DNA from: Candidatus Limnocylindrales bacterium
Lineage (GTDB): Bacteria; Moduliflexota; Moduliflexia; Moduliflexales; JAUQPW01
Length of the DNA stretch: 20,000 nucleotides
Assembly (NCBI GenBank): GCA_035559535.1
Contig: DATMBG010000039.1
Location: forward strand, 56,816-76,815
Direction: 5' to 3'
Each line of letters begins with the position of its first letter. Position 1 is the first letter of the stretch. The translations under genes and the position numbers were made by a program. Shown piece by piece: positions 1 to 10,053 of this stretch. The notes under the pieces are model-generated. The model saw nothing but the letters and a program-made list of their open reading frames with translations. It was not told where the DNA came from and made no database searches.

Positions 1-1
1 C

Positions 2-1492
2 GAGTTCCTCTACGAGACCAGTCTCTTCCCGGATCTGGAATACACGTTCAAGCATGCCTTGACCCACGAAGTGGCCTATGGAAGTTTGCTGCAAGAACGA
101 CGGCGGATACTTCATAACCAGATCTTGAGGGCCCTGGAAACGCGGTCATCCGATCGGCTGGATGAGAACGTGGAACGACTGGCGTATCATGCACAACGGG
201 GCGAGGTTTGGGATAAAGCCTTGATCTACTTCCGTCAGGCGGGGTCCAAAGCGGCTGCCCGCTCAGCCAACCGGGAGGCAGTATCCTGCTTCGAGCAGGC
301 ATTGGTTGCTCTCCAGCATCTGCCAGAGAGTCGTGACATGCTCGAACAAGCCATCGACCTCCGGTTCGACCTTCGGAACGCGCTTTTTCCACTTGGAAAA
401 TATGAACAGATTCTCAACTTCCTTCGCGAGGCGGAAACTCTTGCTAAAACTTTGGATGATCAGAGAAGGTTGGGTTGGGTCTCTAGCTACATGACCCACT
501 ATTTTTGGTGGAGGGGTAAGCTGGATCAAGCTGCCGAATCCGGCCAACGCGCCCTCGCAATTGCTACAACCTTTCAGGATTTTGGACTCCAGGTTGCAAC
601 GAACCTCTTCCTGGGGCAAGTCTACTATAACTTAGGTAACTATCCCCAGGCGATGGAATTTCTCAGGAAGAATGTGGAGTCCCTCCAAGGAGATCTGATC
701 TATGAGCGCTTTAACGTGGCTACCCTGCCTTTTGTTGTCTCCCGTCACTGGCTAATCCGCTGCCTTGCTGAGGTTGGAGAGTTCACCGAAGGAAGGATTC
801 GGGCCGAAGAAGCCTTTCAGGTTGCTGAAGCAGCCAATGATTCATTGGGTCTTTTCGCCGCATATTACGGGACCGGTTTTCTTTACCTCCACAAAGGAGA
901 GTTTCAAAAGGCTATTTCTCTATTTGAACGGGGCCTTGCGTTCAGCCAGACCTGGAATATCTCGTTCTTCTTACATTACATCAATTCGGCCCTGGGCTAT
1001 ACGTATGTACTTTCTGGACGTGTTGCGGAAGCGATTCCTCTTCTAGAGCGGGCTGTGGAGCAGATGGTTTCTATGAAAACAATGGGTGGCTTGTCGCTCC
1101 TGGTTGGCTGGCTGAGTGAATCCTATCTATTGGTAGGCCGAAGAAGCCTTGCCCTGGAGCTTGCCCTGCACGCCCTTGACCTCTCTCGTAACCACAAAGA
1201 ACGTGGACATGAGGCCTGGGCTCTCCGACTCCTGGGTGAGATCCACGCCCATCAGGCTCCTCCCCATGTCGAAGAAGCTGAAGATTATTATCGTCAGGCT
1301 TTTGGGCTGGCTGAGGAGCTGGGGATGCGTCCGCTCGTGGCTCATGTTCACTTTGGCCTTGGGAGTCTCCATCACAAGGTAGGAAGATCGGAGGAAGCAC
1401 GAGCTGAACTGTCCCAGACTATCGAGTTGTTCCGTTCTATGGAGATGACATTCTGGTTGAACCGGGCCGAGGCTATATTTGTGGGAAGTTAG
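2..1492 (+). CDS. C-terminal part (5'-truncated by the window) of a multidomain NTPase-TPR protein, adenylate/guanylate cyclase-AAA ATPase-TPR type
   Basis: The frame is open from base 2 (EFLYETSLFPDLEYTFKHALTHEVAYGSLL...), so the track's start at 59 is internal. The Y.FKHAL..EVAY.SLL...R..LH and LA.H...GE.W.KA..Y...AG motifs followed by TPR-like helical repeats are typical of this family. The cyclase and ATPase domains would lie outside the window and are inferred. Confidence 0.85.
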   Translation, partial: EFLYETSLFPDLEYTFKHALTHEVAYGSLLQERRRILHNQILRALETRSSDRLDENVERLAYHAQRGEVWDKALIYFRQAGSKAAARSANREAVSCFEQALVALQHLPESRDMLEQAIDLRFDLRNALFPLGKYEQILNFLREAETLAKTLDDQRRLGWVSSYMTHYFWWRGKLDQAAESGQRALAIATTFQDFGLQVATNLFLGQVYYNLGNYPQAMEFLRKNVESLQGDLIYERFNVATLPFVVSRHWLIRCLAEVGEFTEGRIRAEEAFQVAEAANDSLGLFAAYYGTGFLYLHKGEFQKAISLFERGLAFSQTWNISFFLHYINSALGYTYVLSGRVAEAIPLLERAVEQMVSMKTMGGLSLLVGWLSESYLLVGRRSLALELALHALDLSRNHKERGHEAWALRLLGEIHAHQAPPHVEEAEDYYRQAFGLAEELGMRPLVAHVHFGLGSLHHKVGRSEEARAELSQTIELFRSMEMTFWLNRAEAIFVGS

Positions 1493-1503
1493 TTCTTAAC
1501 TTC

Positions 1504-2391
1504 ATGGGAAAGCAACTTACTTTTATGGACCGACTCTACAGTCTGATAGACAGGCTTTTCGATAAGTTAGAAAAAATCTGGGAAAGCATCTATACCCAGC
1601 GGATAGTCACCGATTTACTGGTTCTTGCCTTTGTAATTGGATTAATCGTTATTGAACTGAATCGAAAGGGAGTACTTCCAGAAACTCTCAGCGAGTGGGT
1701 CCCCCGCAACCATTTCTACGCAGTAGGTTTGGCCTTTACCTTACTTCTGTTCCTGGAAGCCATTGGGTTGGTCTTTGCACTTGCTCATTCCGTGGCTGAC
1801 TCTCTGGGTAAGCAATTTCAGGTGCTCTCTTTGATTCTTTTACGTAAACCTTTCAAAGAGTTTATATACTTCGACGAACCTATCACCTGGACCCAGGTCT
1901 CCAGTCCTGTACTTCATATTCTTGCCGATGCGAGCGGTGCATTACTTATCTTTGTTGCCCTGGGGTTCTACTATCATGTGCAACAGCATCGTCCCATCAC
2001 CAAGGATACCCTGGAGCAGTTTAGATTTACGGCAGCTAAGAAGTTAGTGTCTCTACTCTTATTAACCCTTTTTGTAATGATTGGAGTAAATCATCTTCGG
2101 AGTTACCTGGTTCAAGGATCTATCAACAGTTTTTTCGATACCTTTTATACTCTCCTTATCTTTAGTGACGTATTGATTGTATTGATTTCGCTACGGTATA
2201 GTTCGACCTATAAGGTCGTCTTTCGCAATTCCGGTTTTGCTTTAGTTACGGTGGTGATTCGGCTGGCCTTAACCGCTCCGCCTTATATTGATGTAGGCCT
2301 TGGGCTATGTGCAGCCATTTTGGCCTTGGGATTTACGCTGGCATATAATGCCTTTGAGCCTGTGGTACGGGAACGCATTGAAAAAGACTAA
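1504..2391 (+). CDS. Polytopic membrane protein of unknown function (about 7-8 hydrophobic segments, possibly two PsiE-like repeats)
   Basis: 295-aa ORF starting 11 nt after the previous stop, with multiple long hydrophobic stretches. Confidence 0.75.
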   Translation: MGKQLTFMDRLYSLIDRLFDKLEKIWESIYTQRIVTDLLVLAFVIGLIVIELNRKGVLPETLSEWVPRNHFYAVGLAFTLLLFLEAIGLVFALAHSVADSLGKQFQVLSLILLRKPFKEFIYFDEPITWTQVSSPVLHILADASGALLIFVALGFYYHVQQHRPITKDTLEQFRFTAAKKLVSLLLLTLFVMIGVNHLRSYLVQGSINSFFDTFYTLLIFSDVLIVLISLRYSSTYKVVFRNSGFALVTVVIRLALTAPPYIDVGLGLCAAILALGFTLAYNAFEPVVRERIEKD

Positions 2392-2424
2392 AGAACTTTG
2401 TCAGGTAGGATAAAAAGGGAGGGG

Positions 2425-2447
2425 AATCCTTGGGATCAAGGATTTTT
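2425..2447 (+). terminator. Possible intrinsic terminator between convergent genes
   Basis: AATCCTTG-ggat-CAAGGATT 8-bp hairpin followed by Ts, in the gap between stops at 2391 and 2483. Confidence 0.4.
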
Positions 2448-2482
2448 AATTCTTTTCAAAATCAAACGGGACGTTTAACCTA

Positions 2483-2866
2483 CTAATCGGAGTTTCCCTC
2501 TGAAAGCCATCTAAGAATTCTAAAGTGCAAGGCCGCACTATTAAGATCTTCCATTTCACAAAATACTTTCATAAACTCGCGGCCTTCTATAAGGTAGCAC
2601 AGATCCTTAAAAAATAACGCAATAATAACCCCTTTACAGGTTTCTGGATCGATGGATTTATTTTTTAAGTATCGGACCAGAGTCGGATAGATTTTATCAC
2701 GCAAATACTCCCAGGATTTATCCACGGGCAAAACAACTTCATAAAAAAGAACTTTATCCCCGGACTCTTCCTGGGTTTTAGATAATTCTTCCAAAGTTTG
2801 GTTGTAAGCGATACCCGGTATGATTTTAAAGGCTTTTGAGAATAAAAGCTCACGAAAATCGGCCAC
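2483..2866 (-). CDS. Hypothetical soluble protein (127 aa), last gene of the HPF-sigma/anti-sigma/baeRF1 unit
   Basis: GTG start with AGGAGG RBS (2875-2880), 33 nt after the baeRF1 stop. Globular alpha/beta-like composition. Confidence 0.8.
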   Translation of the reverse strand: MADFRELLFSKAFKIIPGIAYNQTLEELSKTQEESGDKVLFYEVVLPVDKSWEYLRDKIYPTLVRYLKNKSIDPETCKGVIIALFFKDLCYLIEGREFMKVFCEMEDLNSAALHFRILRWLSEGNSD

Positions 2867-2899
2867 AGTTGGAACCTCCTCAAGTAAGATTTCTCCTCG

Positions 2900-4075
2900 T
2901 CAAGCCGGTGGTAAAGCTCGAAGGGAAGCCGGCATTTTAAAGCGGAGTAAAGCTCCGATCCTTCCCAGTTGTTTTAAAATAGGATTATTTGGGATATGTT
3001 CCACTTCTCCCCGTTGGCGGTAGACTTCTTCAATAGCTTCATCTACCACATCGGGGACCTCTTCAAGGGGTCCTTGACAAATCGGGCAGGATTTTTCTTC
3101 CACCGTGGTTAAAAGTCCACAATTCCGGCACTCTAAGCCGGGAGCCGAAAAATCTTCCTCTACCAACAGGGTATGGATATTTCCTACATAAAGGGCTTTT
3201 AAGGTATCGTGTAACCCGGAGACCCCAAAGCCTCCCGTAGCCACTTCTTCCATAAGTCGGGTTACCAGTTGCACTTCCTGCTTCTGTTCCACATCTCTTT
3301 CGATCTGAAGGATTTGAGTCTTAATTTCCTGGATGGGGGTTTCCACATCCAGATCCAGCCGGGCGACCAATCTTTTTATGAGGAAGCTATGTAAACATCT
3401 TTCAAATTCCGGGAGGATATCGCTTCGTCCTCCAATAACAAGATAGTCGAAGCGCTTCTCTTTGAAGAAATCAAAGACCCGATCGGCAACCTGTTTAAGA
3501 TGCCGATAAACATGGTATTCAATATGACGCTCGATGCGTTTTTCTTCCAGACCGTACCACCCGGCTATCCGAACTTTTCCCGGAACCTCCTCATCAAAGA
3601 CTTTAAAATGCTCTAGAATTTCGCCTAAATACACCTCAAAGATTCTGGCTTTATCGCGACTGACCAGGACTAAACAATAGCGATGATATTCATCCAGGAG
3701 AACGGTTAGAGGGCGTATGTAGGGATCATTTCCAACCACGAGAACATTCTTAACAGGTCGGGGAAGCCGATATACTTGCCAGAAATCCTTTCCACTACAG
3801 GAGAAAATAGCCAGACCTCTGGTATTATTTCGTTTAAACTCTTCTCCTACAAAACGCTCGATTTTTTCAAAATCTTCTTCCAGGGATTTCATGACCCCAT
3901 GGGGTAGGTGTTCTGCTTCCAGCTCCAGCCGCCGTTCTTTAATTAAATTTTTAGTGATTGTTTCATAATCCCGGGGGGTATATTTACTTCCATCTACATT
4001 CAGATAAAAGCTACAGGTCTTATAGGTTTCTCCCTTAAAATTTAAAAGTTTCTCTATATCTGCCGAAGAAATCAT
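2900..4075 (-). CDS. Bacterial archaeo-eukaryotic release factor homolog (baeRF1, family-10-like / Balon-like) with a C-terminal Zn ribbon
   Basis: aeRF1-like three-domain layout: N-domain (SFYLNVDG...GLAIFSC), linker PYIRPL, middle domain (LVLVSRDKARIF...LVIGG), C-domain (G.SGL..TL.AL..G.I.TLLV, CRNC...CPIC, IGALLRF). ATG at 4075 is preceded by GGAGGTAAGGAG; the track's TTG at 4078 is the alternative. Confidence 0.88.
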   Translation of the reverse strand: MISSADIEKLLNFKGETYKTCSFYLNVDGSKYTPRDYETITKNLIKERRLELEAEHLPHGVMKSLEEDFEKIERFVGEEFKRNNTRGLAIFSCSGKDFWQVYRLPRPVKNVLVVGNDPYIRPLTVLLDEYHRYCLVLVSRDKARIFEVYLGEILEHFKVFDEEVPGKVRIAGWYGLEEKRIERHIEYHVYRHLKQVADRVFDFFKEKRFDYLVIGGRSDILPEFERCLHSFLIKRLVARLDLDVETPIQEIKTQILQIERDVEQKQEVQLVTRLMEEVATGGFGVSGLHDTLKALYVGNIHTLLVEEDFSAPGLECRNCGLLTTVEEKSCPICQGPLEEVPDVVDEAIEEVYRQRGEVEHIPNNPILKQLGRIGALLRFKMPASLRALPPA

Positions 4076-4139
4076 CAACTTCTCCTTACCTCCTTGTTGG
4101 TATCCTGGGATAGTCCGTTAAAGAAATCAGATTTCTTTG

Positions 4140-4376
4140 TTATTCTCGATTTTCTAAAGCTTGCTGAATCAATTTTTCCACCCGCTCTGAATAACCTTCC
4201 GGAAGGTCTACTTCTTCTAAAGTTGTAAAGAACTCTTCCGCCAGATTTAAAAGGGTCAGACGCTCTTCACAATTTGGGCACTCTTTAATATGTTCGGCAA
4301 TATCTTGAAGCAGGTCGGGGTGGAGTCCCTTATCCATATATTCTGAGAGGTAATTTATCACCAACTGACATTCCAT
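4140..4376 (-). CDS. Soluble zinc-binding anti-sigma factor (ZAS / zf-HC2)
   Basis: M.C......LS.Y.D..L.......HIKECPNC gives the HxxxCxxC signature. No TM helix. GGAGGTGA RBS. Lies directly downstream of an ECF-like sigma gene. Confidence 0.88.
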   Translation of the reverse strand: MECQLVINYLSEYMDKGLHPDLLQDIAEHIKECPNCEERLTLLNLAEEFFTTLEEVDLPEGYSERVEKLIQQALENRE

Positions 4377-4421
4377 AAACTTCCTTCACCTCCGTATCGG
4401 ATTCTTCTAAGAAAAGAAGCC

Positions 4422-5435
4422 TTACACGAGTTCTGTTTCTTCCAACTTTGCTTGTAAGAATTCCCGTGCAGATTGAATTTCTTTTCGTACCTCATCAACG
4501 GATTTTCTCCTCACCCAGGCCACTTCTTCCAGGCTGAAGCCTTCCACGCTGTAAAGTATAAAAGATTCCCGCCAGCCTTTGGGGAGTTGACTCAAGGTTT
4601 GATGAATATATTTTTGAATTTCTTGACGGGTTACGATCTCTTCAGGAGTCGGCATCTTATCATCCGGTACGAGATCTTCCAGTTTTAGAGTTTCATCCGG
4701 TTGCCAGAAATCCAGTATTTCACTTCCCAGGGTAGAGACGGCCTCTGTAGGCTCCGGTTCTGGAATTTCGGTTTCAACAGGAACTCTGGCCTCTCGCTCT
4801 GCTTTAATTTTCTCAACTTCCCGTTCCAAAATATCCAGGGCAATCCGATATAACCAGCGATCCAGGGGAAAGGAATCCGGCTTCTGATCAAAGTTTCTTA
4901 CTGCAAACAGAACAGTCTCATCTACTACGTCGGTAATCGTCAGATCATAGGGTTCTATATCTTCTATGAGTTGATGGTAGATGATCTCCCTTCGGACAAA
5001 ATTATAGAGTTTCTTAAGTTGAGGAAGGATCAGGTCGGTAAGTGCCTTAGCTTCATAGGTCTTTTCATAAGGAGCCATTCCCGAAACAAGTTCTTGAACT
5101 TGGAATTTAGCCCGCTTTCGCTTATAGGCATCTTCCATTCGGAGCTTACTTTTAACATCTTCCAGTTGCTTGAGGAGCTCTCCACAGACTTCTTTCAAAA
5201 CATGCCGAAGGTTCTTACCTTGCTCCTCGGCATGGAGTTGTCGTTTGGGAAGGGAAAGGGTGAAAAGAGCTGCATACTCCTCTTTTCTTGGGTGTTTCTC
5301 CAGGGTTACATGTAGAAATACTTGATCTTCCGGGAACTTTAAGGTTCGCCGTTCTATTCTTTTAATCTGTCTTTCCAGATAGTTCTTAATCGAAAACGCC
5401 GGCTCCAGATTCTTGTAGAAAACTTCGTGTCGCAA
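4422..5435 (-). CDS. Fusion of an HPF/RaiA (S30AE) ribosome-hibernation domain and an ECF-type sigma-70 factor (sigma2 + sigma4)
   Basis: The N-terminal ~100 aa fit the HPF beta-alpha-beta-beta-beta-alpha pattern (RHEVFYKNLE...IKNYLERQIKRIER...LHVTLEK...LSLPKRQLHAEEQG.NL...L..QL...K.KLR). Then sigma2-like LYNFVRR...DVVDET...WLYRIA and sigma4-like LSQLP..WRESFIL..VEGFSLEEVA. The likely start is TTG at 5435, 5 nt after GGAGGTGA (the track uses GTG 5453). Confidence 0.82.
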   Translation of the reverse strand: MRHEVFYKNLEPAFSIKNYLERQIKRIERRTLKFPEDQVFLHVTLEKHPRKEEYAALFTLSLPKRQLHAEEQGKNLRHVLKEVCGELLKQLEDVKSKLRMEDAYKRKRAKFQVQELVSGMAPYEKTYEAKALTDLILPQLKKLYNFVRREIIYHQLIEDIEPYDLTITDVVDETVLFAVRNFDQKPDSFPLDRWLYRIALDILEREVEKIKAEREARVPVETEIPEPEPTEAVSTLGSEILDFWQPDETLKLEDLVPDDKMPTPEEIVTRQEIQKYIHQTLSQLPKGWRESFILYSVEGFSLEEVAWVRRKSVDEVRKEIQSAREFLQAKLEETELV

Positions 5436-5741
5436 CAGACTCACCTCCGACACTCAATCCAACAGGATGAGAAGGGGATACTGGATTTGGAGGGAAACTG
5501 CCTTCCTTTCAGGGTTTTTTTCTTGACTTTGGGTTGTATTTGTGGGCTCTGGTCTTCAACCTGTTTGGGTCAGGTTAAAGGATCCAGAGCGCACGGGGTA
5601 GGGGTTTTCAGAAGGTTGATTCGGAAAAGCTACCTTCTCTCCCCTTTCTTAACATGGGCCAGGAAATTTACCCGTTGAATCGGATTCGGATCAACTGTTA
5701 TTGGATATCCTATACCTTTGTAGTGCCTTTACAGGCTTCCT

Positions 5742-7466
<1,725 letters not shown>

Positions 7467-7485
7467 TGGATCCTTCTCGGGACGG

Positions 7486-7773
7486 CTATTCTAGAATGGC
7501 TAAGACATCATCTTCTCGTAGGATGAGATACTCTTCCTCATCGAGTTTAACTTCAGTTCCCGCATATTTGCCGAAGAGAACTTTCTGACCAACCTGAACT
7601 TCCAGGGGCAATTGTTTACCGTTTTCTAACCACTTCCCCTTTCCAACCGCAATAACTTCACCCTGTTGAGGTTTCTCCTTGGCGGTATCTGGGATGATGA
7701 TCCCTCCTTTCCGAACTTCGGGTTCTTCTATTCTTTTAACGACGATTCGATCATGAAGTGGAGTAATTTTCAT
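7486..7773 (-). CDS. groS: Co-chaperonin GroES (Cpn10)
   Basis: [32 protein letters not shown] and KYAGTEVK motifs. AGGAGG RBS. Confidence 0.99.
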   Translation of the reverse strand: MKITPLHDRIVVKRIEEPEVRKGGIIIPDTAKEKPQQGEVIAVGKGKWLENGKQLPLEVQVGQKVLFGKYAGTEVKLDEEEYLILREDDVLAILE

Positions 7774-7891
7774 CGTTACTACCTCCTTTCAGGTGCAGTT
7801 TGACCATGGATTTTTAGAAAATTCTCTGACTTTAAGGTAAACTCTCAGGTATACCCAGGACGGTTGAAGGTTTTAGATGAGATTCACTTTT

Positions 7892-7920
7892 ATTATAAAA
7901 TCTTAGTCCGAATTTATCAA
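7892..7920 (-). promoter_or_regulatory. Sigma-70 type promoter for groES-groEL
   Basis: Minus strand reads TTGATA-N17-TATAAT (-35 at 7915-7920, -10 at 7892-7897), about 120 nt upstream of groES. Confidence 0.7.
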
Positions 7921-8025
7921 GTCTTTTTCTAATAACTTTAGAAAGTTAAATTCCCTCCTAAGGGTTATCCCCCTTCCCTTTTGTAAAAAATAGAGTAAAA
8001 AAACTTTGTTTATTTTTAACTGGGA

Positions 8026-10053
8026 TTAATCCTGGGTATAGAGTTGACGTATGTCATCTTCACGCCCCAATACGACCAGGATATCTCCTTCTTCCAGTTT
8101 TCGGTTGGGGTCTGGGAAGTGTCGCTGTTCCTTTCCATTTCGCCCGGGACTGATCACCGCTAAAACATTGAGGTGGTATTGAGTTCGGAGATTAGTTTCC
8201 CCAATGGTCCTACCGACCAGTTCAGGAGGTACTACAATTTTATCGATTCGGAATCCTTCCGGTAGCTCCAGACGATCGGTTAAAAGTTTATCTTCAGACC
8301 TGGTCACAAATCGGGACAGGAGCATTTTCCTTCGAAGGGCTTCCCGATCCAGGGTACTTAGGACATCCCGGCGGGTTACAATACCGAGAAACTGTAAAGA
8401 ATCTTTGCTTCTAACTACGGGCAACTCTTCCAGATCTTGAAGCCAGAACTTCTCTAAAACGTCTGCAAGTCGGTCCATAGGGTAGGCCACCGAGACCGGA
8501 GTGGCAAGGTCTTTGGCTATAACAAGGGTTTCAAGGTCTTTCTCAGAGAGGAACTCCTTGATATCGTGCAGGTTGATGACCCCTAAGAGATTTCCTCGCT
8601 GGTCTCCTACGTACAGATAGTCACTTCGGGAGGCATAAAATCGTTTTAGGATTTCATCGAAACGGAGATTTTCCGGGAGAAGCGAAACGCCTGTTTTTAA
8701 AATATCCTGAACCCGCATCGAATAGAGGACCATCTCTTCCATCCCACGGCTGAGTTGAATTCCGCGTTGTTTAAGTCTTTCGGTATAGATAGACTCTGGT
8801 TTGATCTTGCTGGCCACATAACTGCTGAGGATGCAGGAGAGCATTAAGGGAAGGATAATTCCGTAATCCAGTGTCAGCTCAAAAATGATCAGAATGGCCA
8901 TGATAGGGGCATGGGTTGTTCCGGCCAGCAGACATCCCATACCTACCAGGGCATAAGCCCCTGAGGGGGCCGTCAAGAGAGGAAAGAAATAGTTAACCGC
9001 ATTTCCTACTGCCCCTCCGAGGGCGGCTCCCACGAAGAGGCTGGGAGTAAAGACTCCTCCAGAACCGCCGGAGCCGACAGTGATGGCCGTGGCAATAATT
9101 TTTAAGAAAAAGAGGATCAGTACCAGGGGTCCGGGAAGCTGCTGATTTAAAATTCGGCTTGCGACTTCATAACCATTACCCCAGACGTGGGGAAAACTTA
9201 ATCCGAGGATTCCTACGAGGAATCCTCCCAAAGGAATCTTAAAATAAGCAGGAATTTTAATTTTTTTGAAAATTTCTTCTCCTTTAAAGAGGGCCTCAAT
9301 AAACAAATAGGCTGCAAATCCAGCCAGGATTCCCAGAAAGACATAAAAAATGAGCTCGAAATGGCTGACCATGGAAAAGGGTGGGATACGGTAGGTCGGT
9401 TGATTGCCCATGACTCCCCGGGATACAAGGGTTGCAGCAACCGAAGAGATCACCACAGGGGCAAAAATATCGGTAGCAAAGTTTCCCATGATAATCTCTA
9501 GAACGAAAATGGCGGCAGCGATGGGGGTATTATAAGCCGCTGCCATACCCGAGGCAACCCCACATCCCACCAGGATGCTCAGCTTGATTCTGGATATGCG
9601 GAGTAATTGCCCGAATTGGGAAGCAAGCATGGCCCCGATTTGTACGATAGGTCCCTCTCGGCCAACCGATCCGCCTGAACCAATGATCATCAACGACGAA
9701 AGGGATCTGAAAAGGACCGAACGAACTTCGATCTCTCCCCCCCTTAAAGAGACTGCCTCCATGATGTCAGAAATTCCGTAGGATTTAGTTTTTTTGGCCA
9801 GGGAATAGAGAATAAAGCTGGCCAGGGTTCCCCCTGCCGTGGGAACTAAAATCCGGTAATACCAGGGAAGTTGAAGGGCCGCATCCAGCAGATTTTCCCA
9901 AGAGCCTAGAAAGAGTCTTTGAACGATAGCCGTCAGATACTTAAAAATAATAGCTCCAAAGCCTCCCAGTATCCCTACGATGCCTGCATAGAGAAATAAA
10001 AGGGTCGTTTCATCCGGTCGGATTTGCCTGGGTTCTCTCAGAAAGACTCGCAT
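8026..10053 (-). CDS. CLC-family anion channel/transporter with a C-terminal CBS pair and a TrkA-C (RCK_C) domain
   Basis: GSGGSVGREGP, GxFxP (GGVFTP) and SIYT motifs with many TM helices. CBS-like repeats follow (G.LLGVI...DI; LPVV...LGIVTRRDVL), then an RCK_C-like tail (LVGRTIGETNLRTQY.LNVLAV...P.P...LEEGDILVVLG). Confidence 0.93.
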   Translation of the reverse strand: MRVFLREPRQIRPDETTLLFLYAGIVGILGGFGAIIFKYLTAIVQRLFLGSWENLLDAALQLPWYYRILVPTAGGTLASFILYSLAKKTKSYGISDIMEAVSLRGGEIEVRSVLFRSLSSLMIIGSGGSVGREGPIVQIGAMLASQFGQLLRISRIKLSILVGCGVASGMAAAYNTPIAAAIFVLEIIMGNFATDIFAPVVISSVAATLVSRGVMGNQPTYRIPPFSMVSHFELIFYVFLGILAGFAAYLFIEALFKGEEIFKKIKIPAYFKIPLGGFLVGILGLSFPHVWGNGYEVASRILNQQLPGPLVLILFFLKIIATAITVGSGGSGGVFTPSLFVGAALGGAVGNAVNYFFPLLTAPSGAYALVGMGCLLAGTTHAPIMAILIIFELTLDYGIILPLMLSCILSSYVASKIKPESIYTERLKQRGIQLSRGMEEMVLYSMRVQDILKTGVSLLPENLRFDEILKRFYASRSDYLYVGDQRGNLLGVINLHDIKEFLSEKDLETLVIAKDLATPVSVAYPMDRLADVLEKFWLQDLEELPVVRSKDSLQFLGIVTRRDVLSTLDREALRRKMLLSRFVTRSEDKLLTDRLELPEGFRIDKIVVPPELVGRTIGETNLRTQYHLNVLAVISPGRNGKEQRHFPDPNRKLEEGDILVVLGREDDIRQLYTQD

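Noticed and set aside
2900-4075. Calling this a functional peptide chain release factor or a sign of archaeal origin
   Set aside because: GGQ and NIKS are absent and all neighbours are typically bacterial (groESL, glnE, porin, phoBR).
5427-5741. 83-aa plus-strand ORF, and a possible ECF/SigB-type autoregulatory promoter in the groEL to HPF-sigma gap
   Set aside because: The ORF is antisense to the operon with no RBS. The promoter-like GTTG...GGGTAA match and the imperfect GTTGA...TCAAC dyad (about 5674-5695) are too weak to call.
7774-8025. CIRCE/HrcA operator upstream of groES
   Set aside because: No TTAGCACTC-N9-GAGTGCTAA or close variant found by eye.
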